A stretch of DNA of 64,000 nt from an uncultured Pseudomonadales bacterium (GCA_964509365.1 CAZDWN010000002.1:3701-67700); one strand, 5' to 3'. Shown: positions 36,829 to 47,141, numbered from the stretch's first letter. Made by a program: numbers and translations. The notes: a model not told the origin generated them from the letters alone.

Positions 36829-36919
36829 GCGTGTATGTTACCAAAAAATAGCACCCAGTGGAGAAAACTGGGTGCAATATGATTACTATACTAAATTGAA
36901 CTAAGAAACAGCTGAATGA

Positions 36920-37435
36920 TTAATATGCGTTTGGTTTCGTCGTTGCCGATGGAGTCGCTCCACCGCGGATCATCATTCCCATCTGTACGGGATCGAGCTG
37001 GATTGATGTCGCAGTCACACTCCCATCTGAGTTTTCACTACCGAATACCGCAACTTGTTTCCCGCTCACGAGATCGGAGACCGATCCCTTGTCAGCTTTG
37101 TTGATCGTCGTACTTTTGGACAATAAGATGATTTTGCTACTGCCGTCAGCGAGTTTGACTGTGATCGATGTGTCATCTGCTGAGATGATCTCACCGGAAA
37201 CAGGTCGGAAGCCACCACGAGCTCCGCCCATCATGCCAGTGCGGTATTGGCCATTGCCCATCATCCCTCCTGCTCCAGTACGACCGGCGAAACTATTCCC
37301 ACCAAAATTATTCGCTGTCAGGAATGTGGATGTTTTTTGTTGTTGCCATTTCATCCCCGCGCCAAATGCCAATACTCCGACGATCACTGCAATCACGACG
37401 ATTTTCAGGTATTCATTCTGCGCTGTCTTTTCCAT
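36920..37435 (-). CDS. Membrane-anchored Gly-rich secreted protein, last gene of the efflux operon
   Basis: N-terminal TM, Gly/Met-rich low-complexity region, then a beta-rich domain. 50 nt downstream of the MacB-type permease. Confidence 0.5.
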   Translation of the reverse strand: MEKTAQNEYLKIVVIAVIVGVLAFGAGMKWQQQKTSTFLTANNFGGNSFAGRTGAGGMMGNGQYRTGMMGGARGGFRPVSGEIISADDTSITVKLADGSSKIILLSKSTTINKADKGSVSDLVSGKQVAVFGSENSDGSVTATSIQLDPVQMGMMIRGGATPSATTKPNAY

Positions 37436-37485
37436 AAAAACTCCTTTGTATAGGTGTATTACACTCTTGGCGGCTGAGAATGAGC

Positions 37486-38709
37486 TTATTCGTAACGCAA
37501 AGCCTCAATCGGTTGAAGGCCTGCTGCCGTTCTGGCGGGATACCAGCCAAACAATATCCCTATGCCACCAGAGACGCCGATGGACAGTGCAATGGAAGCC
37601 GGAGAAAGTGTAAAGGGCAGAGACATGATCTTGGAGAGCGTAAATGAAATGGCGACTCCCAGGAGTATCCCGAAGATGCCGCCGACAAACGTGAGGATGA
37701 CCGCTTCTGTCAAAAATTGCGTGACGATCGTATTCTTCTTTGCTCCAAGTGCCTTGCGAAGTCCGATTTCTCGAGTGCGCTCAGTCACTGTGACGAGCAT
37801 GATGTTCATAATCCCAATGCCACCGACGAGCAGTGAGATCGCGGCGATACCGGAAAGGAGTGTCGTGAAGATTCCGGTGACTGACGATGCAGTGTTGAGG
37901 ATATCGTTTTGCGAAAAGATCGAAAAGTCAGCACTGGCAGGATCTGCGATCTTGTGACGAGCGAGTAAAAAATAGCCGACTTGATTTTGAGCATCGGTCA
38001 TCGTGTCTGCGCTTTTGGCTTCGACCGCTATGGTGGACAGATGTGTCGCTCCAAACAATATTTTCATGGCAGTTTGCAGCGGCACGTAGATCGCATCATC
38101 TGGATTCTGAAATCCAGTCCCCCCTTTTGCACTTGTTACTCCGACGACCGTGAGCAGTTGTCCGCTCATGCGAATTTGCTGACCGAGAGGATCGTTCGCT
38201 CCAAAGAGATTGCTGGCAGCGGTGGGTCCAAGCACCGCGACTTTGCGAAGCGTTGTATTGTCTGCATCAGCGATAAAGACGCCACTTGCCATCGTGACCT
38301 TGTGGATGTCGGCGTACACTGCAGTGACTCCGCTGATCGACGTATTGGTGTTGTTCGCTCCTGCCGTCACTTGCGATCGGCCCAAATATTCAGGGGATAC
38401 TTTCGAGACTTCGGTGAGCGTCGTATCCTTACTCATCGCGACAGCATCGTCGATGGTGAGTGTCGTTCCCCCTCCGGCTGCTCCACGGATCCCGCCACTA
38501 CTTTGACCTCCTGGGATGACGGTCAACAGATTACTTCCAAGTGATTGGATCGAGTTCTCAATCGATTTTTGACTTGACTGACCAAGCGACACTAGCGCGA
38601 TCACACTGCCGATGCCAATGACGATCCCAAGGACCGCCAAGCCCGTACGCAGCTTGTTGAGCGTCAGCGATCTAAATGATTCTCTAATTAATTCCACAAA
38701 GTCTTTCAC
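37486..38709 (-). CDS. MacB/FtsX-type ABC permease (GTG start)
   Basis: 'MKDFVELIRESFRSLTLNKLRT' canonical MacB N-terminus obtained from a GTG 2 nt after the ATPase stop. Periplasmic domain plus four TM (FtsX). Confidence 0.8.
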   Translation of the reverse strand: MKDFVELIRESFRSLTLNKLRTGLAVLGIVIGIGSVIALVSLGQSSQKSIENSIQSLGSNLLTVIPGGQSSGGIRGAAGGGTTLTIDDAVAMSKDTTLTEVSKVSPEYLGRSQVTAGANNTNTSISGVTAVYADIHKVTMASGVFIADADNTTLRKVAVLGPTAASNLFGANDPLGQQIRMSGQLLTVVGVTSAKGGTGFQNPDDAIYVPLQTAMKILFGATHLSTIAVEAKSADTMTDAQNQVGYFLLARHKIADPASADFSIFSQNDILNTASSVTGIFTTLLSGIAAISLLVGGIGIMNIMLVTVTERTREIGLRKALGAKKNTIVTQFLTEAVILTFVGGIFGILLGVAISFTLSKIMSLPFTLSPASIALSIGVSGGIGILFGWYPARTAAGLQPIEALRYE

Positions 38710-38710
38710 G

Positions 38711-39436
38711 TCATTTGTCCTGATTTGATATAAATTTCGCTTTCGTTTGTTTTGTATTGAGTTTGTCTTCGACCAAGTTGCCGTCTTTGATGACGATGAT
38801 GCGTTTGGCATGCGCGGCAATATCTGGTTCGTGCGTGATCATCACGACCGTGTGTCCATCGTCATTGAGTTTCTGAAATATCCCCATCACTTCCGATGCT
38901 TGATTCGAAGCGATGTTTCCCGTCGGTTCATCTGCCAGCAAGATCGCTGGATTCATGACGAGCCCTCGCGCGATAGCGACCCGTTGTTGCTGACCACCAG
39001 ACAGTTGATTTGAGGTGTGGTACATCCGATGTCCCAGTCCGACCATCTCCAAAAATTTCTTTGCTTTTGCTTCACGCTCAGCTTGCGGGATCCTTGCATA
39101 GCGCATCGGGAGACTGACATTTTTAATGGAGCTGGTACGTGGCAACAAATTAAATGCTTGGAAAATAAAGCCAATTTTCTGATTTCGCACCGTCGCCAGT
39201 TCATCGTCCGAAAGTTTGGAGACATTCTGGCCATCAAGAATATACTCACCTGACGTTGGAGTGTCCAGCGCTCCGAGGATATGCATGAGTGTGGATTTTC
39301 CACTGCCGGAGGGCCCCATAATCGCCACAAATTCTCCACGGGAAACTTCAAACGAGACATCAGCGAGTGCGACAGTTTCGACGTCGCCGACCGTATAGAC
39401 TTTGCGGATATGAGAAGCGGAAATAATTGGTTTCAT
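38711..39436 (-). CDS. ABC transporter ATP-binding protein (MacB/LolD-type)
   Basis: Walker A 'GPSGSGKST', signature 'LSGGQQQRVAIARGL', Walker B 'ILLADEPTGN'. Start at 'MKPIISASHIRKVY'. Confidence 0.85.
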   Translation of the reverse strand: MKPIISASHIRKVYTVGDVETVALADVSFEVSRGEFVAIMGPSGSGKSTLMHILGALDTPTSGEYILDGQNVSKLSDDELATVRNQKIGFIFQAFNLLPRTSSIKNVSLPMRYARIPQAEREAKAKKFLEMVGLGHRMYHTSNQLSGGQQQRVAIARGLVMNPAILLADEPTGNIASNQASEVMGIFQKLNDDGHTVVMITHEPDIAAHAKRIIVIKDGNLVEDKLNTKQTKAKFISNQDK

Positions 39437-39437
39437 G

Positions 39438-40691
39438 TTATCTCGTCGTTGTCTGTACACGCACGGCATTGCCACCAGTGCGTCCTCCACCAAAGGCACT
39501 AAAGGGCGATGTGGAAGTAGTACTTGCCGTCGATTTGGTGACTACGGCGGTGACGACAGTGTCCCCTTCGGACACTCCTGAGACGATCTCCGTCTCACTA
39601 TCAGACGAGAGACCTGTTGTCACAGTGACCGATGTCGGTGTCCCGTTTTTCATGATACGGACTGATTTTTCTCCATTGCTCGTTTGGATAGCAGTGGTCG
39701 GGACCATAAGTGCATCGGTTTTGCTATCGATGAGTATCGTCGCTTGGGAGGACATGTTCGGAAGCACATCACTGTTGCGCTCATCCAACGCGATGACTGC
39801 GGGATAGCTGGTCACTCCACTGCTGACAGATCCGACGGTATCGATGCTGACGATTTTTCCAGTGAATGTCTTCTCTGCATATGCGTCCAAGGTGATCGTC
39901 GCTTTTTGTCCGACTTTGATTTTTGGCACATCGATTTGCGTGAGATTGACGGAAATAGTTGGGATTGCATTGGTCGTCACGCTCGCAATTTTTTGCGACG
40001 AGGTCGAACCGGTCGTCGTCGTTTGTGCGGTGATCACTGAGCCTTCTTGCAGTGAGAATCCGGTCAACGTACCTGAGAGTGGAGCGTAAATCGCTGGCGA
40101 TGATTGCTGATAGGTGATCCACGCGGCAGACAGTGCATTTTGTGATTGCTTGATCACGGCTTGCTGACGGATGTAATCCGCCTCACTCGCTTTCCAATCG
40201 GCATTCTGTTGGATATACGTAGGATCGGATTCGGCAAGATCGTGCTGGGCCGCATCATTGATAAACTTTTGATTTGCAGCAAACATTTTACTTTGTGCGC
40301 TGTAGAGTCCACTCTTCGCAGCCGCGACTGCATTTTGCGCACTTTGATAGGATGAGAGTGCACTACTGTAGCGCTGTTGGCCAGTTTGATCGATTTCAAT
40401 ATCGGCGATCTTTTGTCCGACTTTGACACTGTCGCCATTTTTGACATAGATTTTTTTGATCACACCTGATGATTGCGTCGTCACTTGGACACTATTGGCA
40501 GTGGAAACTGTCCCTGATCCAGTGACCGAGACGATCAGCGTCCCTTTTGTAGCCGTAGCTGTTTGGTAGGTTGGCGAAGAGGATGAACTTGCATTCTTGG
40601 AATAAAAATAATACCCCAAACCCGCAACAATGATGAGGACAATGAGAGTGCGGATCCAATGAGTGCGAATCGATGCAAGGAAAGATTTCAT
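39438..40691 (-). CDS. HlyD-family periplasmic adaptor (membrane fusion) protein
   Basis: N-terminal TM, lipoyl-like 'VKNGDSVKVGQKIADIE', coiled-coil, beta-barrel region. Confidence 0.8.
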   Translation of the reverse strand: MKSFLASIRTHWIRTLIVLIIVAGLGYYFYSKNASSSSSPTYQTATATKGTLIVSVTGSGTVSTANSVQVTTQSSGVIKKIYVKNGDSVKVGQKIADIEIDQTGQQRYSSALSSYQSAQNAVAAAKSGLYSAQSKMFAANQKFINDAAQHDLAESDPTYIQQNADWKASEADYIRQQAVIKQSQNALSAAWITYQQSSPAIYAPLSGTLTGFSLQEGSVITAQTTTTGSTSSQKIASVTTNAIPTISVNLTQIDVPKIKVGQKATITLDAYAEKTFTGKIVSIDTVGSVSSGVTSYPAVIALDERNSDVLPNMSSQATILIDSKTDALMVPTTAIQTSNGEKSVRIMKNGTPTSVTVTTGLSSDSETEIVSGVSEGDTVVTAVVTKSTASTTSTSPFSAFGGGRTGGNAVRVQTTTR

Positions 40692-40731
40692 ACATGTATT
40701 GTCTCTCTGGATTCTGAGAGCACTCTGAGCA

Positions 40732-41757
40732 TTAGGTATTCAGTGTAACTTTGAAGATGGTTCCAGTGTTGACTTCACTCGCGACGCTGATCCTGCCCGC
40801 ATTCTGGACCACGATGGTCTTCGCGATCGCCAGACCCAAGCCAAACCCGTCCACTTTCTTTTTGTTGCGTGAGGAATCTGCACGATAGAATCGATTGAAA
40901 ATATACGGGAGCTCACTCGCGCGAATGCCGATGCCGTGATCGATGACTTCGACCAGGATATGTTTTTTGCTGGGATGTAGCGCGACCTCTATGGATCCGT
41001 GCTCATGACTATATTTGATGGCGTTATCAAGCAGGATGGTGAACAGTTCAATCAGTGAGACTTTGTTCCCGATGACACTTTGCGTCGCCAGGAGCTCGCT
41101 GCTATCGACAGTGATCTGTTTTTCTCTGGCTAAATGATCAGTGTGTTTCACTGCCGTTTCCAAGATCGTAGTCAAATTCACGTGTTCGAGTTTGAGGGCG
41201 TGATCGGCGGTATCCAGTGACGTGAGTTTGAGCAAATAATCAGACAGTGCGCGCATCTTGTCGATTTCTTCCAAATTGCTTTCTAGGATTTTGCGAGCGT
41301 CAGCGGTTTCGATTTTTTTTTCCCGGAGCATCACTTCGATCTCCGTGCGCATGGCTGTCAGCGGCGTGCGCAGCTCATGGCTTGCGTCAGAGACAAATTG
41401 TTTTTGCTTCTCCATGGCGTCTTGGATCGGTTTGAGCGTGCGCCCAGCGAGGATATAAGAAGCGGCAGTGGAAAATGCAAAGATCGCAGTATCAATTCCA
41501 ATTAATTGGATGAGGAGTCTGGTGCGAGCCGCTTCGAAGACTTCTTCATCTGGTTCATTGACGATCGACATAGGGACGAGACGATCATAGCGAGGGACAA
41601 AACGCAGTGCCTGCGTACGCAAACTTCGCTGCAGCTCGCCGACGGCGCCGCGGTACAAGACAAAACTAAACAACAATATGATGAGAAGCAAGATGAGGAC
41701 GTAGGAAGCAGTGAGCTTGATACGCGCCGAATCCAAGATGTTCATCCTGACAGTCAT
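40732..41757 (-). CDS. Sensor histidine kinase
   Basis: Two TM. H-box 'SHELRTPLTAM'. N, G1, G2 boxes ('GFGLGLAIAKTIV'). Confidence 0.85.
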   Translation of the reverse strand: MTVRMNILDSARIKLTASYVLILLLIILLFSFVLYRGAVGELQRSLRTQALRFVPRYDRLVPMSIVNEPDEEVFEAARTRLLIQLIGIDTAIFAFSTAASYILAGRTLKPIQDAMEKQKQFVSDASHELRTPLTAMRTEIEVMLREKKIETADARKILESNLEEIDKMRALSDYLLKLTSLDTADHALKLEHVNLTTILETAVKHTDHLAREKQITVDSSELLATQSVIGNKVSLIELFTILLDNAIKYSHEHGSIEVALHPSKKHILVEVIDHGIGIRASELPYIFNRFYRADSSRNKKKVDGFGLGLAIAKTIVVQNAGRISVASEVNTGTIFKVTLNT

Positions 41758-41758
41758 A

Positions 41759-42430
41759 TCATCCTATCTTATATCCAAAACCTCTGACGGTTTGAATCAG
41801 ATTTGGTTTATCCGGGAATGGCTTATCGATCTTCGTGCGCAAATAGCCGATGTACACTTCGATCGTATTTGGGAGGACATCACTATCATATTCCCATACA
41901 CTTTGGATGATTTGATCTTTGGTCATCGTCTTGCCACTGTGGCGCAAAAGGTAGACGAGAAGGTCAAATTCTTTGCGTGAGAGTGTGATGTTTTTCCCGC
42001 CTCGAGTGATCGTGAAGTTGGTGGTATCGACATGGAGGTCATCAAAATCGATGACATCGGCGATCCCTTCTTTACGACGTTTGGTGAGTGCGCGTACGCG
42101 AGCGATCAGCTCTGCAAAGGCAAAAGGCTTGACGAGATAGTCATCACTGCCGACGCGGAAGCCTTCGATCTTGTCATCAAGCTCTCCTTTTGCAGTAAGC
42201 ATGAGGATCGGAGTCTCGATCCCTTCTTGGCGAAGATCTTTGCAGATGGTCAGTCCACTCATGCCTGGCAGCATCAAATCCAAGATAATCGTGTCATAGC
42301 CGTTGCTGGCTGCCATGTCATACCCAGTAGTCCCGTCGTACGCGACGTCAGCAGTAAAGCGTTCTTGTTCGAGACCTCGTTTGATGGAGTCAGCGATCTT
42401 TTGTTCGTCTTCGATGATCAGTACTTTCAT
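41759..42430 (-). CDS. OmpR-family response regulator
   Basis: Receiver 'MKVLIIEDE...DTIILDLMLPGMSG' and winged-helix 'TIEVYIGYLRTKI...TVRGFGYKI'. Start at MKVLIIEDE. Confidence 0.85.
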   Translation of the reverse strand: MKVLIIEDEQKIADSIKRGLEQERFTADVAYDGTTGYDMAASNGYDTIILDLMLPGMSGLTICKDLRQEGIETPILMLTAKGELDDKIEGFRVGSDDYLVKPFAFAELIARVRALTKRRKEGIADVIDFDDLHVDTTNFTITRGGKNITLSRKEFDLLVYLLRHSGKTMTKDQIIQSVWEYDSDVLPNTIEVYIGYLRTKIDKPFPDKPNLIQTVRGFGYKIG

Positions 42431-42438
42431 GAGGATTA

Positions 42439-44214
42439 TTATATCCCTTTGCCTGAAGTTCTGCTGAAATGGAGGGTGTTCGTATTCATGATGTTTGCTT
42501 TGGTCGCCCATCCTCGTCGTGCATTCCATACGCCATACTGCATGAGCGGAAGTTGTGATTCGTGGTGTGCGTCGGTGTTGATGATCAGTGAGACGCCGGC
42601 ATCGATCGCTCGTTTAATGAGATGCGAGGAGAGATCGGTGCGACTTGGGGCGCTGTTGATCTCCATGTACTTTCCATGCTCTTTGGCGGCCGCGAACACT
42701 TCATCCCAATCGGCATCGATTCCTGCGCGTGACTGCAATACTTGCCCAGATGGATGCCCCATAAAAGTCACCAGGGGATGCGTGATCGCTTTGAGGACCC
42801 GAGCAGTGGCGGTCTTCTTGTCTTGCGTAAATGACGAGTGGACGGACGCGATGACATAATCAAGTTCAGCCAGTGCTTCATCTTCGAGCGCGAGTGTGCC
42901 ATCAGGCAGGATGTCGACTTCCATGCCGCAGTAGACATGGATGCTCGGCGTCTTTCCTTTGAAAAATTGTGACGCACGTTCACGGATATACACATTGCGG
43001 TCTTTGACGATTTTGATTTTTTCTTTCAGAGTGAGTCCAAGTCGTTTTGGATTGTGGTCGGAGAGTCCGATGGCAGTGTAGCCAAGTTCCTTCGCATGTA
43101 GCAGGATATTATCGACGCTGCTTTGCCCGAGATCATGACTGGTTGGAAACTGATAATTGGTGTGGATGTGAAAGTCCCCTTTGATATCTGAGAGTTCCAC
43201 TAACGTTGGGAGTGCATTCTTTTTGGCAAGCTCGATCTCGCCCATATCTTCGCGCAGTTCCGGTGGCACCCATTGCAGTCCCAGTTTTGCGTAGAATTTT
43301 TCTTCAGTTTCAAATGACTCTCGTATTCCTTCGTGCTCGATCCCAAACTCGTTGAGTGATAGGCCTTTTTTGAGTGCTTCCGTCCGCAGATGGATGTTGT
43401 GAAGTTTACTTCCAGTGAAATGCTGGAGGATCGATCCCCATTGGCTCGGATCGACCGTCTTGACGTCGACTTGCCAACCGGCACTATGGATCACTGACAT
43501 CGATTTTTCGCCACTCCCGACGATGCGCTTTTGGTGAGGAAATTCTTTGAGCCTCGCAAACACTGCTTGCGTGTTTGTTGTGGAGACAGCGATATCGATA
43601 TCTCCAGTGGTTGGTGAGCGTCTTCGCAGACTTCCGAGTGTTTCCGCTTTGATGACGTCTCCGCCTTTTTCAAGATAGGAGATGACTTCAGCGGCGATAG
43701 CGAGCGCATCTGGCAGAGGCAGTCTCTCTGCAGGTTTGTCTCGCATAGCTGCGATGGCATCAAGGATGCGCTTTTCCCCGACCGCAGTAAAGCCTTCGAT
43801 CTCGGAGATCTCACCTGCTTGGGCAGCAGCTGCGAGTTTTTTGATTGCTTCACTCGCTTTATCGAGTTTGAAATATGTCGCCAGTTTGAGCGCATTCTTT
43901 GGGCCGATCCCGGGGATGTCCATGAGCGCAAACATGCCAGCCGGCACTGTACTCATGATTTCTTCATAGTGAATGACTTTTCCGGTGGTGAGGAGCTCCT
44001 CGATATCAGCACGCAAGGCCTTTCCCAGCCCTGGGATGTCATCGAGCTTCCCTTCTTTATAGACATCGATGATTTGCGTCGGATAATTCTCTATACTCCC
44101 CGCAGCATTTTGAAAGGCTCGGATACTAAATATGTTCTCGCCATTGAGCTGTTTCACCGCCGCGACATTGCTGAGAAGTTTGGCGACTTGGGCATTGGTG
44201 AAAAGTTCGTTCAT
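42439..44214 (-). CDS. polX: DNA polymerase X family protein with C-terminal PHP domain
   Basis: HhH 'GIGPKNA', nucleotidyltransferase 'GSLRRRSPTTGDIDIAV', PHP 'DFHIHTNYQ...GLSDHN'. Confidence 0.85.
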   Translation of the reverse strand: MNELFTNAQVAKLLSNVAAVKQLNGENIFSIRAFQNAAGSIENYPTQIIDVYKEGKLDDIPGLGKALRADIEELLTTGKVIHYEEIMSTVPAGMFALMDIPGIGPKNALKLATYFKLDKASEAIKKLAAAAQAGEISEIEGFTAVGEKRILDAIAAMRDKPAERLPLPDALAIAAEVISYLEKGGDVIKAETLGSLRRRSPTTGDIDIAVSTTNTQAVFARLKEFPHQKRIVGSGEKSMSVIHSAGWQVDVKTVDPSQWGSILQHFTGSKLHNIHLRTEALKKGLSLNEFGIEHEGIRESFETEEKFYAKLGLQWVPPELREDMGEIELAKKNALPTLVELSDIKGDFHIHTNYQFPTSHDLGQSSVDNILLHAKELGYTAIGLSDHNPKRLGLTLKEKIKIVKDRNVYIRERASQFFKGKTPSIHVYCGMEVDILPDGTLALEDEALAELDYVIASVHSSFTQDKKTATARVLKAITHPLVTFMGHPSGQVLQSRAGIDADWDEVFAAAKEHGKYMEINSAPSRTDLSSHLIKRAIDAGVSLIINTDAHHESQLPLMQYGVWNARRGWATKANIMNTNTLHFSRTSGKGI

Positions 44215-44229
44215 GTGTAGTAGTATACT

Positions 44230-45099
44230 GTGACTATGGCTGCTGATAAATACTCCGCTGTGTGGTTATCGCATTCTTCGATCGCTGACTTCAAGAAATG
44301 TCCTCGTCTGTATTATTTGCGCAACATGTACAAAGATCCGAAGACCAAGCGCAAAGTGCAGCTCGTCTCCCCGTCACTCTCGCTCGGTATGGCAGTACAT
44401 GATGTGCTCGAATCGCTCTCCACGATTCCGACAGAACGACGATTTAAAGATGACCTCTTAGAACAATTTGCGAAAGTGTGGACTGCCTACGAAGGCAAAA
44501 AAGGTGGCTTTTTGGATCCAGAGACTGAGAGTCGATATCGCGAGCGCGGTGAAGATATGCTCCGTCGGGTACAGACGCATCCGGGGGTTTTAAAAAACAA
44601 AGCCGTGAAGTTAAAGCAAGAGCTTCCCTATTATTTCCTTTCTGAAGACGACAACATTATCTTGTGTGGCAAAATCGACTGGCTGGAGTATCTCCCTGAG
44701 ACCGACTCAGTCCATATCATCGACTTTAAGACGAGTAAGTCAGAAGAAGATCCAAATTCGCTTCAGCTCCCGATCTATACGCTTCTCGTCGCCAATACCC
44801 AGAAGCGCAAGACGACAAAAGCAAGTTACTGGTATCTCAATTTCTCCGATGAACTGCAGGAAAAAGAACTCCCAGATCTTGAAAAAAGCACTGAAGAGAT
44901 CTTGAAAATTGCCAAACGCATCGCTCTGGCACGAAAACTCAACAAACTAGAATGTGAGACTGGCGGTTGCCGCTACTGCGAGCCCATGGAGAAATTACTT
45001 CGTGGTGAAGCTGAGTATATTGGCGTCGATCCCAAGATGGGCAAAGACAACTATATCTTTAGTAAAGTCATCGAAGAGGATGACAGCGTGATTATTTAA
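44230..45099 (+). CDS. PD-(D/E)XK-superfamily nuclease with C-terminal Cys cluster (Cas4/AddB-like)
   Basis: 'DFKKCPRLYYL' N-terminal motif, 'IIDFKTSK' (D...EXK) core, C-terminal 'CETGGCRYCEP'. Confidence 0.6.
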   Translation: MTMAADKYSAVWLSHSSIADFKKCPRLYYLRNMYKDPKTKRKVQLVSPSLSLGMAVHDVLESLSTIPTERRFKDDLLEQFAKVWTAYEGKKGGFLDPETESRYRERGEDMLRRVQTHPGVLKNKAVKLKQELPYYFLSEDDNIILCGKIDWLEYLPETDSVHIIDFKTSKSEEDPNSLQLPIYTLLVANTQKRKTTKASYWYLNFSDELQEKELPDLEKSTEEILKIAKRIALARKLNKLECETGGCRYCEPMEKLLRGEAEYIGVDPKMGKDNYIFSKVIEEDDSVII

Positions 45100-45294
45100 T
45101 ATGAATCTTGAAGCTCCGTATCGTGGTGGTAGAAATGACTGTAGTATGAGAAAAGATGGCAGGTGCAAAATGACCGGAAAGAAATATCCATGTATGCCCT
45201 CGGAGCTCACAGTAGGACAAGCAATTGCGATAGTAGAAGAATGCACAAAAAAATTTACTGGTAGTACTCTTGGACAAGTAAAGCCAAAACGACT

Positions 45295-45552
45295 ATGAAT
45301 AAACTATGGTTTCGACGAAAGAAGTATGGTTATGGGTGGTATCCCGCCAGTTGGGAAGGATGGACAGTTTTAGTCGCGTTTGTGATTTTCCAAGTGTGGA
45401 ATTTCTTGAGACTTGATAGTACCAGTCATTCCAATAGCGACACGATTCGCCCATTTGTCATCGAGACATTTCTCGCTGTCCTCGTCTTGATCGCAATTTG
45501 CAGATTCACCGGTGAGCCGGCTCGCTGGCAGTGGGGAGAAAAAAAGAAGTAG
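45295..45552 (+). CDS. Small membrane protein
   Basis: 85 aa, two hydrophobic helices. Confidence 0.4.
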   Translation: MNKLWFRRKKYGYGWYPASWEGWTVLVAFVIFQVWNFLRLDSTSHSNSDTIRPFVIETFLAVLVLIAICRFTGEPARWQWGEKKK

Positions 45553-45559
45553 GGAGAAA

Positions 45560-45922
45560 TTATTCCTTCGAATTGTCACTCGTTAGGCTAAGTACTGCCT
45601 GTCGGATAACTGCGTAATAGAACGGTCCGACACGAGGAAAGGTCTCATCTTGTTGTTCTACACTGTACAAGATATTTTGGACTGCAGTCTGAGGAATGTC
45701 CTGTGCATCTCGGTATTTATTTTTGACAATAGCAGATATTCTTGTCACGACAGATCTGATATCTTGATTTCCATGAGAGATATTTTGATCTCTCACGATT
45801 GCAGCCACGGCTTGTTCGAAGTCTGGAAACGAAATTGGACGAGCGACTTTCGCGAGTGCATCCTCGGGAAGGTGTCGTTCGCCTCTGCGCGGTGACCATT
45901 GGTATTCATCTTTCCTCGACAT
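45560..45922 (-). CDS. Hypothetical protein
   Basis: 120-aa ORF. No family recognised. Confidence 0.45.
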   Translation of the reverse strand: MSRKDEYQWSPRRGERHLPEDALAKVARPISFPDFEQAVAAIVRDQNISHGNQDIRSVVTRISAIVKNKYRDAQDIPQTAVQNILYSVEQQDETFPRVGPFYYAVIRQAVLSLTSDNSKE

Positions 45923-45978
45923 CAGTGCATTGTACCAAATGTACTTAGCTAAGAGGCTTTGGCTTTACGATTGGCACC

Positions 45979-46377
45979 ATGCGTTACAATACCCGTATGA
46001 CCTCACTCACTCAAACCTACCACATCGATGCATCAGTAGAAAACGTCTGGGATGCTCTCGTCAATCCCGATACGATCGAAGCTTGGGGTGGCGTTCCGGC
46101 GAATATGTCTGACCGACTCGTAGCGTTTACACTGTGGGATGGCGAGATTCATGGGAAAAATCTCAAAGTCGTCAAGGAAAAAGAACTTGTACAAGAATGG
46201 TACGCCTGGGATCAGTCGCTTGGTGCGTCCACTGTGACCTTTAGGCTATCTACTGAAGGAAAAGAAACAGTGGTGGAGCTCACGCAGACGAATATCCCAG
46301 AGTCGGAGTACGAAGATGTCGAAGCTGGATGGAGGAACTTCTACATGGAGCCACTGATCGAATTGGTGGAAGCGTAG
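45979..46377 (+). CDS. SRPBCC (AHSA1/polyketide-cyclase-like) domain protein
   Basis: 'YHIDASVENVWDALVNPDTIEAWGG' typical SRPBCC N-terminus. Confidence 0.65.
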   Translation: MRYNTRMTSLTQTYHIDASVENVWDALVNPDTIEAWGGVPANMSDRLVAFTLWDGEIHGKNLKVVKEKELVQEWYAWDQSLGASTVTFRLSTEGKETVVELTQTNIPESEYEDVEAGWRNFYMEPLIELVEA

Positions 46378-47141
46378 ATTGACTGCAGTTCGGTCAAGAA
46401 ATGCTCAATGGCAGGGTTGATTGTCGAAGTTAACCCTCGTTTTTCTTCAATTGGCCAGCTTGTATACGTATACAAATCACGTCCATGATACCGAAATTGC
46501 GCGTGAAGATCGTCGATCAACGATTTGATTTTGAGCGCACGCGGATCACTGTGAGGAGTCTTATCGATCATCGTGCTGATTCCATGAAACAGGCCATACA
46601 TGGCATAGTTTGTATTGCCTCGGATCTTTGACTTATCCAAGAAAGCTCTGACGATCGTCCCCAGGACTTCGTAGACCGCATCTCTATCTTCTCGGCGACT
46701 CTTATGATTGATGTCATGCTCATCAGTGATGATTGGCGAGTTGTAGTACTCGACAAGTACTTCGCACAGCTCGCTGATACGCGTCTGCGTCTTTGCTGGC
46801 AACCAGTCGACGGAATGAGGCAGTTGAATCTCTTGGAGCATGATCGGTGGATACAGTGCTCTCACTCTATGCTCTGGGCGTAAAAGTTTCTCAAGCAGTC
46901 CGAGAACCATTCGGTCAGCTTGCATCTCGGGACTATTTTGAGGGTCGACGACAAACGTAGGATCATCCAGCTGTTCATTCAGCAACTGAATCTGTTGTTC
47001 GAGATCGAGCAGAAGCGACTCGATCACTTGCGGATCACTCTCCGTAAAAATAGATGTCTTCTCAGGACTTTTAGTTTCCGATTCATCAGGTACAAAATTA
47101 CGTGTATCCATACCGTTAGCTACGTCGTTGTCGATAAATGT
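46341..47141 (-). CDS. Hypothetical protein
   Basis: Long ORF. Start ambiguous (47141, 47171 or 47273). Confidence 0.4.
   Translation of the reverse strand, partial: TFIDNDVANGMDTRNFVPDESETKSPEKTSIFTESDPQVIESLLLDLEQQIQLLNEQLDDPTFVVDPQNSPEMQADRMVLGLLEKLLRPEHRVRALYPPIMLQEIQLPHSVDWLPAKTQTRISELCEVLVEYYNSPIITDEHDINHKSRREDRDAVYEVLGTIVRAFLDKSKIRGNTNYAMYGLFHGISTMIDKTPHSDPRALKIKSLIDDLHAQFRYHGRDLYTYTSWPIEEKRGLTSTINPAIEHFLTELQSIYASTNSISGSM

Noticed and set aside
45101-45298. 65-aa Cys-containing ORF between the PD-(D/E)XK nuclease and the small membrane gene
   Set aside because: Short, no RBS-like sequence noted, overlaps the nuclease stop region. Insufficient evidence to call.
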